From the NCBI GenBank assembly GCA_947624105.1, contig CANQIX010000002.1:1-63268 (forward strand): DNA of 63,268 nt, given 5' to 3'. Shown piece by piece: positions 1-9,206 of this stretch. Numbering within the stretch: position 1 is the first letter of the stretch; each line of letters begins with the position of its first letter. Both the position numbers and the translations under genes were made by a program. The stretch is from an uncultured Clostridia bacterium. Its GTDB lineage: Bacteria > Bacillota > Clostridia > Christensenellales > UBA1242. The notes under the pieces were generated by a model, which worked only from the letters and a program-made list of their open reading frames with translations, was not told the origin of the DNA and made no database searches.

Positions 1-63
1 CCCCATACTTGTTTTAAGGCTAGTCGTTTTGCGGCTGCGTGTAGGAAAAGAACTTTATTTCTT

Positions 64-139
64 TGGGGTGTCGCCAAGCGGTAAGGCATTGGACTCTGAC
101 TCCAACATTGCGTAGGTTCGAATCCTACCACCCCAGCCA
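64..139 (+). tRNA. tRNA-Gln (anticodon CUG)
   Basis: Cloverleaf read by eye. Acceptor tggggtg pairs with cacccca. Anticodon stem ttgga/tccaa carries loop ctCTGac. T-arm is gtagg-ttcgaat-cctac, followed by an encoded CCA. Confidence 0.85.
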
Positions 140-146
140 CTATTGT

Positions 147-221
147 AGGGGTGTGGCCAAGCGGTAAGGCACAAGACTTTGACTCTTGCATTCGTAGGTT
201 CAAATCCTGCCACCCCTGCCA
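147..221 (+). tRNA. tRNA-Gln (anticodon UUG)
   Basis: Acceptor aggggtg pairs with cacccct. Anticodon stem caaga/tcttg carries loop ctTTGac. T-loop is ttcaaat, followed by an encoded CCA. Confidence 0.85.
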
Positions 222-252
222 TTTAATTTTATGGAACTGCAAAGTTCCCTTT

Positions 253-328
253 GGTCTGCTAGCTCAGTCGGTAGAGCACTTGACTTTTAATCAAGGGGTC
301 CCGGGTTCGAATCCCGGGCAGGCCACCA
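253..328 (+). tRNA. tRNA-Lys (anticodon UUU)
   Basis: Acceptor ggtctgc pairs with gcaggcc. D-loop is agctcagtcggtagagc. Anticodon stem cttga/tcaag carries loop ctTTTaa. T-arm is ccggg-ttcgaat-cccgg, followed by CCA. Confidence 0.9.
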
Positions 329-334
329 AAGTTG

Positions 335-358
335 CCTAAGCGTTTGCTTAGGTTTTTT
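335..358 (+). terminator. Intrinsic terminator after the tRNA cluster
   Basis: Hairpin cctaagc-gttt-gcttagg followed by tttttt. Confidence 0.75.
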
Positions 359-402
359 ATTGTCCTTTTCTTAGAAACGCTCAACTTTTGTTCTGCCTTG
401 CC

Positions 403-431
403 TTGACAAAAGGGGAGTTATATGATAGTAT
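403..431 (+). promoter_or_regulatory. Sigma-A type promoter for the 483-2214 cassette
   Basis: TTGACA at 403-408, a 17-nt spacer, then TGaTAGTAT (extended -10) at 423-431. An SD gaggtgggg precedes the ATG at 483. Confidence 0.6.
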
Positions 432-482
432 ATAGTATAATAAATAGTATGTGCGAGCAGTGTATTTTGATAGAGGTGGGGT

Positions 483-1838
483 ATGTCAAAAGAAAATAAA
501 AAACACTACAAGCAAAAAAAGTCTGCACAAGTTAGCGCTGGAATAACGCAGACAACTACATCATCGCGCTTAATTCAAAGATACAGCGACAAGATTTTAC
601 AAAACGAAAACAAAAGACTCGAGAAAATCTCCAAAACAAACAAGCCAGTTCCTTTGGGGCTTATGCAGGTTGCTTCCGACAAAACGTCCTACAAAGACAA
701 AATTGCAGTTGCTGACAAGTGCCTAGTTGACAAAAGCAAGAGGCTTCAAAACTATGATTATGCGCTTGTGTTTCCAACGTCAGACGCGTATGAGAGATAT
801 TTGTTTAGGCCAAAATTATTTGTCGAAGAAAAATCAAACAATTTTACACATAACGTGTATATGAGGAAGTTCTATTACACCGATCAAGGTAGAAAAGTTC
901 TCTATCCAATCATCTACACAATGCCAACGCGCGAGACGATGGAAGATATGAAAAACGGCAAGTTAGCACCAGACTCCATATCTTCCTCGATGACGGTGAA
1001 TGTTATGGTGAACGCAGGCTTCAAAATGACCGGGCCATCAAAGGATATTAGATATGAAACAGAGCCAGTAATGTTGTTTAGATTCGACATTTACAACGGC
1101 GGAGCAAGCCACAACAACAGATATAGAGAAAAACAGAGTAACACCAAAAAGGCGAGAAAAGAGTTGCCAGAACCTAAAAAACTTTTTGATGACGAGATGG
1201 TGGAAAATACATACAAAAAATACTTCAAACCAAACGTTCCAACCCCACACTTCCACTTCTGCTCTTATCAAATGACTTCGATGTATCACTACACATCGGG
1301 CGCAAACGCAATAAATATCAACGACTTAATTCAATATGTCGAAGATTTGAAGAGGGACGACAATCCAATTCTTAATACCCACAGTTTTGAAATGCCATTT
1401 TTAAGTATCAAAGAAAACGAGGAACTCTATCAACTTAGCAAAAAAGAAGCAAAAGGCTATTATGCAAAACTCTCACAAAACGATGAGTTTAGAAAGTTGC
1501 TTTCAACTGCGTTTGACAAAGAGGGGCATTTCGTAACTAAAAATGGGCTTGATGCAGTGCTGTTTGATTTGAAAGTTATCAATATGCTTTTAGAGGATCA
1601 AACGTTTGAAAATATAAACACCGCTATGGAAATAGCCGAAAAACTTGCAACCGAAACCGGAAAACACTTTATTGCGGAAGCGGATCGCGAAGTTGTAAAG
1701 AAAGATAAATATATTGAAGTTGAAGAAAAGCAGGTTGAAGAAAACAGAGTGCAAGCGGAAGAAAGACACAAAATTCCACAGGCGCTAGAGATAATACAAC
1801 CACAAAGAGAGGTAGAACAAGATGGTCTTGGGTTATGA
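483..1838 (+). CDS. Hypothetical protein, 451 aa, no recognisable family
   Basis: Long ORF with a good SD and its own promoter. The C-terminal tail is charged (E/K/Q-rich). I recognise no catalytic motif. Confidence 0.6.
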   Translation: MSKENKKHYKQKKSAQVSAGITQTTTSSRLIQRYSDKILQNENKRLEKISKTNKPVPLGLMQVASDKTSYKDKIAVADKCLVDKSKRLQNYDYALVFPTSDAYERYLFRPKLFVEEKSNNFTHNVYMRKFYYTDQGRKVLYPIIYTMPTRETMEDMKNGKLAPDSISSSMTVNVMVNAGFKMTGPSKDIRYETEPVMLFRFDIYNGGASHNNRYREKQSNTKKARKELPEPKKLFDDEMVENTYKKYFKPNVPTPHFHFCSYQMTSMYHYTSGANAININDLIQYVEDLKRDDNPILNTHSFEMPFLSIKENEELYQLSKKEAKGYYAKLSQNDEFRKLLSTAFDKEGHFVTKNGLDAVLFDLKVINMLLEDQTFENINTAMEIAEKLATETGKHFIAEADREVVKKDKYIEVEEKQVEENRVQAEERHKIPQALEIIQPQREVEQDGLGL

Positions 1839-2214
1839 CGAAGAGTTGATTAGATTTGGATTTAAAAAACAAAAGGTATACAGCAGAGAGGTTTACACCT
1901 ACGAAACTCCGCTGATAAGTTTGCACACCGAAGACAGCATAGTTGTAAATTGTTATGAGCAAGACGGAAAGGTTTACTTTTCAAGTGGCAGTGCCTTAAA
2001 CTTCTATCACGAAGAACTTGGCGACAGAGCGATTGAAGAGTGCAGGGAGATAAACAAACAACTTAAAGGCAGACTCAGCCTTGAAGATATGGTGCTTAGA
2101 ATGGAAGTTGATACAGACGAAAATATCTACTTTGAAATGAACACCTTTGTAAGAATGTATATAAAGATTGAAGAATACTTTGAAGAATATTTAAAGGACG
2201 AACAAGAATTTTAA
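1822..2214 (+). CDS. Hypothetical protein, 130 aa, overlaps the upstream ORF by 17 nt
   Basis: The ORF overlaps the end of 483-1838, consistent with translational coupling. A terminator follows. No recognisable domain. Confidence 0.5.
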   Translation: MVLGYDEELIRFGFKKQKVYSREVYTYETPLISLHTEDSIVVNCYEQDGKVYFSSGSALNFYHEELGDRAIEECREINKQLKGRLSLEDMVLRMEVDTDENIYFEMNTFVRMYIKIEEYFEEYLKDEQEF

Positions 2215-2223
2215 GACAGAAGG

Positions 2224-2259
2224 TGTTGTTAGAAAATATCTAGCAACATTTTCTTTTTT
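2224..2259 (+). terminator. Intrinsic terminator
   Basis: Hairpin tgttgttag-aaaatat-ctagcaaca followed by ttttctttttt. Confidence 0.7.
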
Positions 2260-2301
2260 ATTGCTTTAGCAAAGAATTTTGTGATATGCTATACAAGAAA
2301 A

Positions 2302-4401
2302 ATGAAGGCTTTTGTAAATTCTCGTCCAATTTTTTATTGTTTTTTGACGATTTTGCTGAGTGTTTTATCAGCAAGATTTTTGTTTTATTTAGACATCAGC
2401 CACTTGCTTGTTGTTGTCGCTTTCTCTGTGGTGCTGATAATTCTTATGGCAAAATACAGAAAAATTGCGCTAAGTTTAGTTCTCATCTTTTCCTTCTTGT
2501 TTGGAATGTGTTGGTTCTTTTTAGGAGTCAAAACTTTTGACGGACATATTTACAATGGCAGTCAAACTGTCAGCGGTCGCGTAACCGACAACATAAAGAC
2601 AAACGAAAATTATCTAAATATCGTCTTAGATGAGGTGAAAATCAACGGAAAAAGCGATAAAAATATCGAACTTGTAATATATGGGCAAAATTTGGAGATT
2701 CCAGTTGGTTCGATTCTTAACTTTGAGAGCGAAGTTGAAAACGTCAAATTGTTCAACTTAGGAAGTTTTGATTCGACAAGTTATCGCAACAAAACTGCAT
2801 ACAGCGCAAGAGTAGATTGCAGCAAGGTGGAAATTGTTGGTTTTAAAATCAAACTGAGTGAAAGGATAAGACTCTATGTGAAGGACCTACTTTTTAGCAA
2901 ACTTAGTGAAGATACCGCGCCGGTTGCGTATGCCGTGCTGTTTGGAGATAAAACCAGCATCGAAGAAGAATTATACGACAGTTATCGCTATGCCGGAGTT
3001 GTGCATATCCTCACAGTTTCTGGGCTACATATCACCTTTTTAATTGCACTGCTTGGATTTATTTTGAAAAAGTTAAAGGTAAAAAGAGGTGTGAACTTTG
3101 TCGTTTGCCTTATTTTCATTCTTCTATACGCCTATCTGTGTGGGGTTAAACCTTCTGTGCTGCGTGCAAGCATAATGGGCATAGTTTTGCTTGTTGGTAT
3201 GCTAAGCGGAAGTTGGTATGACAGTTTAAACGCTGTCGGTTTTGCCGGGCTTTTGATTTTGCTGTTCTCTCCGCTTTCTGCTTTCGACGGTGGATTTTTG
3301 ATGAGTTTTGGAAGTGTCGTTGCAATTATTCTTCTTACACCGGTTTTGTTAAAACCTTTTAAAAAGAAATTTTTGAAAAGAGTTTTTGGTGTTTTTGCAG
3401 TGTGCATTTCGGCACAAATTGCAACCCTTCCAATCCTTGCATCTTACTATTCCGCCTTTAATTTGCTTTCTTTTTTAGCAAATTTTGTTATCGTGCCACT
3501 CTTTTCCGTGTTTTATCCAATTTTATTCCTCCTAACTTTAGTCAGCGCAATTTTGCCATTTTTAAGTTTTATTCTTGTGCCGGGTGGGTGGATGTTTGGA
3601 TTTTTAAACACCCTCGTGCTTTTCTTTAACAGGTTTGGGATTGTGATAAATCTCGAACCTTTTGATTTTGGCGTAGTTTGTCTTGCCGCTACAATCATAT
3701 TTATTATAAGCAGATTTGTTATGTTGTCTGTAAAAACTAAGGTTAGATGCGTGTCAATTCTTGCAATTTTGCTTGCGCTCTCTTGCCTTATGCCACTTGT
3801 AACTGACTCTTCACAGCAGTCGATTTTATATTCTTATAGTTATGGAGATAGTATGCTTGTTTTGACAAACAGCGCACACAAAACGCTTGTTGTCGACGGC
3901 GAAAGTTACAGTTTTATCAAAAATGGTCTAAACTCTGTTAATTGCAATCAACTTGTTGGCAGAGTTGGATTAAATAACAGCATAGAAAGACAGACAAAAG
4001 AATATCTAAAACTTGAAAATGATTTTTGCCACGATGGGTTAGTTTACAGCGAAGGGAGTGAAAGGTTGGAACTTGACAAAGAATATATTGTCGCCGGTTT
4101 CTGCATCAAATATCTCTCCTACGGTGGTTCTTTGCTTGGCGCGAGCATCAAATTTGACGATACAAATTTGTTTGTGGTATATAATGATGCAAAAATTACT
4201 GAAAATATTGTGAATTATTTAAATACTTTTGAATTTAATTATGTTATAATGAATATGAAGACGAAAAACTTAGACAAATTTACTTCTGCGTCAGTTATCA
4301 CTTTTTATGACGCGCAGGGAACAAATTACAGCGTCAAAGAGAGCGGAAGTTTAAAACTTGTCTATAAGAACAAAAAATATTCGCTGGTGGGAGTCGACTG
4401 A
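2302..4401 (+). CDS. comEC: ComEC/Rec2 family DNA internalisation channel protein
   Basis: Polytopic membrane protein with the motif VLFGDKTSI...YRYAGVVHILTVSGLHITFL typical of the ComEC competence domain. It sits in comEC-holA synteny. The ORF opens at GTG 2281; ATG 2302 (MKAFVNSRP) is preferred. Confidence 0.8.
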   Translation: MKAFVNSRPIFYCFLTILLSVLSARFLFYLDISHLLVVVAFSVVLIILMAKYRKIALSLVLIFSFLFGMCWFFLGVKTFDGHIYNGSQTVSGRVTDNIKTNENYLNIVLDEVKINGKSDKNIELVIYGQNLEIPVGSILNFESEVENVKLFNLGSFDSTSYRNKTAYSARVDCSKVEIVGFKIKLSERIRLYVKDLLFSKLSEDTAPVAYAVLFGDKTSIEEELYDSYRYAGVVHILTVSGLHITFLIALLGFILKKLKVKRGVNFVVCLIFILLYAYLCGVKPSVLRASIMGIVLLVGMLSGSWYDSLNAVGFAGLLILLFSPLSAFDGGFLMSFGSVVAIILLTPVLLKPFKKKFLKRVFGVFAVCISAQIATLPILASYYSAFNLLSFLANFVIVPLFSVFYPILFLLTLVSAILPFLSFILVPGGWMFGFLNTLVLFFNRFGIVINLEPFDFGVVCLAATIIFIISRFVMLSVKTKVRCVSILAILLALSCLMPLVTDSSQQSILYSYSYGDSMLVLTNSAHKTLVVDGESYSFIKNGLNSVNCNQLVGRVGLNNSIERQTKEYLKLENDFCHDGLVYSEGSERLELDKEYIVAGFCIKYLSYGGSLLGASIKFDDTNLFVVYNDAKITENIVNYLNTFEFNYVIMNMKTKNLDKFTSASVITFYDAQGTNYSVKESGSLKLVYKNKKYSLVGVD

Positions 4402-5327
4402 TGAAGACGTTAAAAAACAGGTTGAAAAAAAAGATAGAATCTTCATATTTAATTCAAGGGGAAGATGTTGTGCTTTATGATAGGGCGCTGGAACTTATCA
4501 AAAAAGCGTGCGATTTGCAACTTGAAGAATTTAACTTTCTTAAATATGACGATGACAATTTTAACGAAGATGCATTTATAAACAGTCTTGAAACTTTGCC
4601 AGTTTGCAGCGAAAAAAAGATTGTTTTATTAAAAAATGTTACAAAAACAACCCAAGATTTGAAAAATAAACTGAATTCCTACCTAAAAAATCCAACCCCA
4701 TCAACTTGCTTAGTGATTTTTGATTTTTACAATAAATTTGATTTTATTATAAGCGAAAAGGTGGACGCAAACAGACTTGATCCTCAGGATCTTGTCGAGA
4801 TAATCCAAAGGGAGATTGCTCCAAAGGCGATAAGCAAAAATGCCGCACAACTTTTAGTGGAACAGTGCGCAGGGTATTATTCTTTAATCAGCAACGAACT
4901 TGAAAAACTAAGGAGCATTTCAAAGGACGTTGTCGAAGAGGATGACATCAAACTTATGGTGAACAAAGAAACCGAATTTGCTGTCTACGAACTTACTGAG
5001 GCACTTTCAAAAAAAGATGCCAAACGCGCAGTGCACCTACTTGATTTGATGGAGAAAGACACAAAAACTTTAGGGCTTATCGTAAACCACTTTAGAAGAT
5101 TGTTCTTTGTGGCAATATCTAAAGACAACGATTCCACTCTTGCCAGACTTTTAAATGTAAAAGAATATGCGATTGTCAAGGCAAGACAGAATGCAAAAAA
5201 CTTCTCAAAAATTCAATTAAAAAATATCTATGAATTACTAAATGATGTTGATTTTTACACAAAATATGGCGAAATGCAACTAGAAAACGCACTTTATTAT
5301 TTAATTTTTGGAATTTTATATTGTTAA
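4401..5327 (+). CDS. holA: DNA polymerase III delta subunit
   Basis: 308 aa. The start overlaps the comEC stop (tgATGa). Position directly after comEC and the overall delta-subunit pattern support the call. Confidence 0.7.
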   Translation: MKTLKNRLKKKIESSYLIQGEDVVLYDRALELIKKACDLQLEEFNFLKYDDDNFNEDAFINSLETLPVCSEKKIVLLKNVTKTTQDLKNKLNSYLKNPTPSTCLVIFDFYNKFDFIISEKVDANRLDPQDLVEIIQREIAPKAISKNAAQLLVEQCAGYYSLISNELEKLRSISKDVVEEDDIKLMVNKETEFAVYELTEALSKKDAKRAVHLLDLMEKDTKTLGLIVNHFRRLFFVAISKDNDSTLARLLNVKEYAIVKARQNAKNFSKIQLKNIYELLNDVDFYTKYGEMQLENALYYLIFGILYC

Positions 5328-5345
5328 AACAAATGGAGAAAAATT

Positions 5346-5948
5346 ATGGAACTTGAAGAAATTAAAGAAGAATTTTGTCAAATTTATTATGACAACATCG
5401 AGCGCGATGGGGCAGACGAACTTTTGCAATTCCTTGAAAAGAGCGATTTTTTTACAGCGCCAGCAAGCACAAAAAATCATTCGTGCTATGAAGGTGGACT
5501 TTGTCAACATTCGATAAACGTCTATAAGCGCTTTATAAAACTCCTCGAACTTGAATTTGGCGCAAATTGGGATAGAATTTTAAGTAAGGAAAGTGCAGCA
5601 ATAATTGCGCTTTTGCACGATATATGCAAAACAAATTACTATCAAGTTGAGCAAAGAAATGTGAAAAAAGACGGAGTTTGGGTGCAAGAACCTTACTATA
5701 AGGTTGCCGACAGCCTTCCTTATGGGCACGGAGAGAAGTCGGTGTATATGATTTCGGGCTTTATGAAGCTCAGCAGAGAAGAGGCGATGGCAATAAATTG
5801 GCATATGGGAGGTTTTGACCCTAGGGTGATTCAAAGAACGGTCAATTTGTCTGATATATACTACAAATATCCAACTGCCTTTCTCTTCCACCTTGCCGAC
5901 AATATGGCAACATACCTTGACGAAACAAACGCGGCTAATAAGGAATAA
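5346..5948 (+). CDS. HD-domain phosphohydrolase
   Basis: Contains H...ALLHDICK...GHGEKS, a metal-dependent HD motif. An SD ggaga lies upstream. Confidence 0.6.
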   Translation: MELEEIKEEFCQIYYDNIERDGADELLQFLEKSDFFTAPASTKNHSCYEGGLCQHSINVYKRFIKLLELEFGANWDRILSKESAAIIALLHDICKTNYYQVEQRNVKKDGVWVQEPYYKVADSLPYGHGEKSVYMISGFMKLSREEAMAINWHMGGFDPRVIQRTVNLSDIYYKYPTAFLFHLADNMATYLDETNAANKE

Positions 5949-6111
5949 GTATATAAAATAAGTGGTATGAATATATATACTCTTAAGGGGTGTATATATT
6001 TATTTTCTAAGCAAAAAACGCGAAAAAAATCAAAACTGAAAAATACCGCATAAAAAATAAAAAAACACCTAAAAAAGTAGCAAAAATACACACTTTTTTT
6101 AAAAAAGCCTA

Positions 6112-6140
6112 TTGACAAGTGTAGGGTTTTGGTTTATAAT
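6112..6140 (+). promoter_or_regulatory. Consensus sigma-A promoter
   Basis: TTGACA at 6112-6117, a 17-nt spacer, then TATAAT at 6135-6140. Confidence 0.7.
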
Positions 6141-6170
6141 ATGCATAAGAAAATAAGGGAGGGCACTAAG

Positions 6171-7589
6171 ATGGCTTCAAATAAAAATTATCAAAATTTC
6201 GATAAAGTAACAAAAAAACAGGTTAGCAAGATTCTTGATTCTTACAAAACTGAGTATAAAGAAGAAAAAGTTCAACCAGTTTCTTTCGTTGGGGTTAGAA
6301 AAAATGGCGCTGGCGACGAAGTTTATTCAGATGTTAACTTAGTTATTCGCGATGGAAGAGGATATATCACTTATGCATACAACGACAAAGAATATGTTGG
6401 TGCAGTAACCAAAGTTGTATCTCGTTCAGACGCTCCAACTTCTTGCGATGTTGAATTTGTTAGACCTAAATATAAAGAAGAAGGTTTGGTTTCTGACAGA
6501 AGAACAGTTGGATTCTCTAAAGACTTAAGCCAAAAAGAAGTAAAGGCTTTTGTTAAAGAACTTAAAGCAGCAAAAGCAGAAACTTCTTCTACAAAAACTT
6601 TTGAAAAAGTTTCAGTTGACAAGAAAAAAGAGGGCAGATTTTCTAGATTTATTAAAAAATCAGAGGCAATTGTTCTTGCAACAATCTTAGGATTGTCTGC
6701 AATCGGGACTATTGGAGGACTTGGAGGACTTGGTTTAGGAATTTACCTTGTAGTACACAACAACTCTCACCATGAAAAAACACTTCCAGACGATGACAAC
6801 AAGAAACCTGATGACAACAAGAAAGAAGACGAAGATGGACCATCAACACAAGGTGGAGAATCAAGTACCAACTTCAGCACTAGCGATCAAAACATTATTC
6901 AGGCTACAAACAAAGTTCTTGAGGGAAGAATTAGTGGAGATGTTAATCCTGTTGCTATCTACAAATATGCATATAAAGCAACAGCAGATGACATATTAGA
7001 AGAAGATATCACAGTTGCTTATAAATATGTTGTTGTTGCAGAGGAAGGAGATAACCTTTACTACATCAGCACAGTAAGCAATAAAGAGTGCGAAAACGCT
7101 GAAGAACTTGGAAATAGCATTAAAGACAATGCAAACATTGACAAGGTTTACACAACAGTTGGAAGTTACTTAAGAGGCGTTGTAAACGAAGAAAAAGGTG
7201 AAGATGCTGAAGAGTATTATCAAACTTTCCTTGATGCGCTTGAAAGTGTTAAAGGCAAAACAGTTACCGATGCTTACGTAAAGACCGAAGAAAACGGAAC
7301 AAAATGCCAGTTTAGAAAGAGCCACGAAGGTGATATCAACTATCGTTACGATGCAGAACTTGCAATTGTTTACGGTGCAGACTATGAAAACGTTGAAACA
7401 GAAGTTTATGCATCTACCGCTAAAAACTCAGCAGATATCTTAGCAAGCATTGCTTCAGAAGTTGTTAACAGCAATACTGAAAACGGAAAACTTGATCGTG
7501 TTGCTTCTAAGAACTACACAGCATCAGGTCTTGGAACTAAGGGTGCAGAAACTGAAGCCCCAGAAACCGAAGACGCTCCAACATTATAA
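6171..7589 (+). CDS. Single-pass membrane protein of unknown function (paralog A)
   Basis: ATG 6171 is preceded by aagggaggg; the track start at 6129 lies inside the promoter. A central TM (AIVLATILGLSAIGTIGGLGGLGLGIYLVV) is present. The C-terminal module FRKSHEGDINYRYDAELAIV... is shared with the next gene. Confidence 0.65.
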   Translation: MASNKNYQNFDKVTKKQVSKILDSYKTEYKEEKVQPVSFVGVRKNGAGDEVYSDVNLVIRDGRGYITYAYNDKEYVGAVTKVVSRSDAPTSCDVEFVRPKYKEEGLVSDRRTVGFSKDLSQKEVKAFVKELKAAKAETSSTKTFEKVSVDKKKEGRFSRFIKKSEAIVLATILGLSAIGTIGGLGGLGLGIYLVVHNNSHHEKTLPDDDNKKPDDNKKEDEDGPSTQGGESSTNFSTSDQNIIQATNKVLEGRISGDVNPVAIYKYAYKATADDILEEDITVAYKYVVVAEEGDNLYYISTVSNKECENAEELGNSIKDNANIDKVYTTVGSYLRGVVNEEKGEDAEEYYQTFLDALESVKGKTVTDAYVKTEENGTKCQFRKSHEGDINYRYDAELAIVYGADYENVETEVYASTAKNSADILASIASEVVNSNTENGKLDRVASKNYTASGLGTKGAETEAPETEDAPTL

Positions 7590-7601
7590 TGTTACTAAAA
7601 A

Positions 7602-7628
7602 GTGGATAGAAAACTATCCACTTTTTTC
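7602..7628 (+). terminator. Intrinsic terminator
   Basis: Hairpin gtggatag-aaaa-ctatccac followed by ttttttc. Confidence 0.8.
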
Positions 7629-7648
7629 ATTGCCAAATTGAAAGGATA

Positions 7649-7677
7649 TTGACAAAATTTGCAGTATGTGATACAAT
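7649..7677 (+). promoter_or_regulatory. Sigma-A promoter with extended -10
   Basis: TTGACA at 7649-7654, a 17-nt spacer, then TGtgaTACAAT with the hexamer TACAAT at 7672-7677. Confidence 0.65.
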
Positions 7678-7702
7678 ATACATATAAATAAGGAGGTGGA
7701 TT

Positions 7703-9004
7703 ATGAAAAAGAAAAATTGGACACCATACGGACATTTAACAGATCAATCAAGAAAGAATATTAAAAGCAAGTTAGAAGAATTCCAAACTGTATCTGCTGC
7801 TGCAGAAACTCAAACAGTAGTTCTTACACCAGAAAAAGGTGGCGGTTCAGTTACAGGAAGACTTTATGTTACAGGCAAAAATGCTTATATTAACTATGAA
7901 CTTGGAAATAAAAAACGTGTTGGGTTGATAACAAATATTGACACAACTCCAGATAGCGCCGGTCGATATCAAATAAGTTATGCAAGAAACAAAAAACTTG
8001 CAGGTGGTGCGGTTTTTGATACCTATATATCTTTCGACAGACAGAGACTTACTCTTGAACACGAGAAAAAGTTTATAAACAAGGTAGAAAAACAGGCATT
8101 CAAAGTTGAAAAGTTGTCTGACAAAGAAATAAAGGACAAGAGAAACAAATCTATCGGAAAGTGGACAGGTGGGGTCCTTATTGCAGCAGCACTCATAACT
8201 GCGGGTATATTTATTGGACGCGCTACTGTACCTGCAAAAGATAATGGAGGTTCTACACCACCAAATCCTGGCTCAGGCATTGTACAACCAGGACCAACCA
8301 CTGAAGATGTTAAAGTAAACAGAGTTGATTTAACCGAAGAAGATAAGCAAACTCTTAATGAAAAACTTGCGCAGGTGCTTGCCGAAAATGGAAAAGATGT
8401 AAGTGCCGGAGTTGAACTCCAAGAGATGTGCTATACACCTAAAAATACAGAAACTAACATTGACGAAAATAAAATCACTATTCACCTTGCTAATTACACA
8501 ATGCACGTTACCTGTGGAGATCGTTTGTATGAAATCACTTCTTCTGGTGGTGATTTCCAAGATGTTAAAACTTTTGTTGAAAGCGATATGCAAAATGCAA
8601 CAGTTGCTAAAGAATATCAAACAGTTGGCGGATTCGTAGAAAATAACGATTATTACAACACCTTTAAAGATGCACTCAGCAAAAAGTCTGGAGAAAAAGT
8701 TAAAGATGTGTATGTAATTGTTGAAAAAGACGGAATGAAGGAAAGTTTTAGAAAGAGCCACGAGGGTGATACCAACTATCGTTACGACGCAGACCTATTA
8801 GTTGTTGACGGAGCAGGTTACCAAAATGCCAAAACTTACACCTATAGCACAACTGCTAAGAATACCAAAGCGATTCTTGACACAATTATGTCCGAAGTAA
8901 ACAACAATGTTATGAACGAAGCAAAACTTGACGATGCTAAAAACTTTACCGCTCAAGGATTTGGAACGATAAACCACGAAGCATCTGCAGAACACAATGC
9001 GTAA
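7703..9004 (+). CDS. Single-pass membrane protein of unknown function (paralog B)
   Basis: SD aaggaggtgg lies upstream. A central TM (WTGGVLIAAALITAGIFIG) is present. The C-terminal FRKSHEGDTNYRYDADLLVV...STTAKNTKAILDTIMSEV aligns with paralog A. Confidence 0.65.
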   Translation: MKKKNWTPYGHLTDQSRKNIKSKLEEFQTVSAAAETQTVVLTPEKGGGSVTGRLYVTGKNAYINYELGNKKRVGLITNIDTTPDSAGRYQISYARNKKLAGGAVFDTYISFDRQRLTLEHEKKFINKVEKQAFKVEKLSDKEIKDKRNKSIGKWTGGVLIAAALITAGIFIGRATVPAKDNGGSTPPNPGSGIVQPGPTTEDVKVNRVDLTEEDKQTLNEKLAQVLAENGKDVSAGVELQEMCYTPKNTETNIDENKITIHLANYTMHVTCGDRLYEITSSGGDFQDVKTFVESDMQNATVAKEYQTVGGFVENNDYYNTFKDALSKKSGEKVKDVYVIVEKDGMKESFRKSHEGDTNYRYDADLLVVDGAGYQNAKTYTYSTTAKNTKAILDTIMSEVNNNVMNEAKLDDAKNFTAQGFGTINHEASAEHNA

Positions 9005-9020
9005 ATAACATAAAATAGAA

Positions 9021-9048
9021 GAAAGGGTTAACTACCCTTTCTTTTTTA
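9021..9048 (+). terminator. Intrinsic terminator
   Basis: Hairpin gaaagggt-taac-taccctttc followed by a T-run. Confidence 0.75.
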
Positions 9049-9060
9049 TTTAAAACTAAC

Positions 9061-9089
9061 TTGACAACCGGCGCGAATAAGAATATAAT
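9061..9089 (+). promoter_or_regulatory. Consensus sigma-A promoter ahead of tRNA-Leu
   Basis: TTGACA at 9061-9066, a 17-nt spacer, then TATAAT at 9084-9089. Confidence 0.7.
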
Positions 9090-9104
9090 CTAAGTAGTGA
9101 TTTT

Positions 9105-9190
9105 GCAGGGGTGGCGGAATGGCAGACGCGCTAGATTCAGGTTCTAGTGAACGCAAGTTCATGTGGGTTCAACTCCCATCTCCTGCACCA
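9105..9190 (+). tRNA. tRNA-Leu (anticodon CAG)
   Basis: Class II tRNA with a long variable arm (tgaacgcaagttcat). Anticodon stem ctaga/tctag carries loop ttCAGgt. Acceptor gcagggg pairs with ctcctgc, followed by CCA. Confidence 0.85.
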
Positions 9191-9206
9191 AAAAATTAGG
9201 GGCAAA

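Noticed and set aside
1-63. Possible 3' end of an rRNA or another RNA gene before the tRNA cluster
   Set aside because: The fragment is too short and shows no recognisable conserved rRNA terminus.
151-339. 62-aa ORF in the track
   Set aside because: It lies entirely over tRNA-Gln(UUG) and tRNA-Lys. It is an artefact of translating structured RNA genes.
9147-9206. Longer N-terminus for the GNAT gene
   Set aside because: The extension overlaps tRNA-Leu. The internal ATG at 9207 begins the conserved RimJ-like N-terminus.
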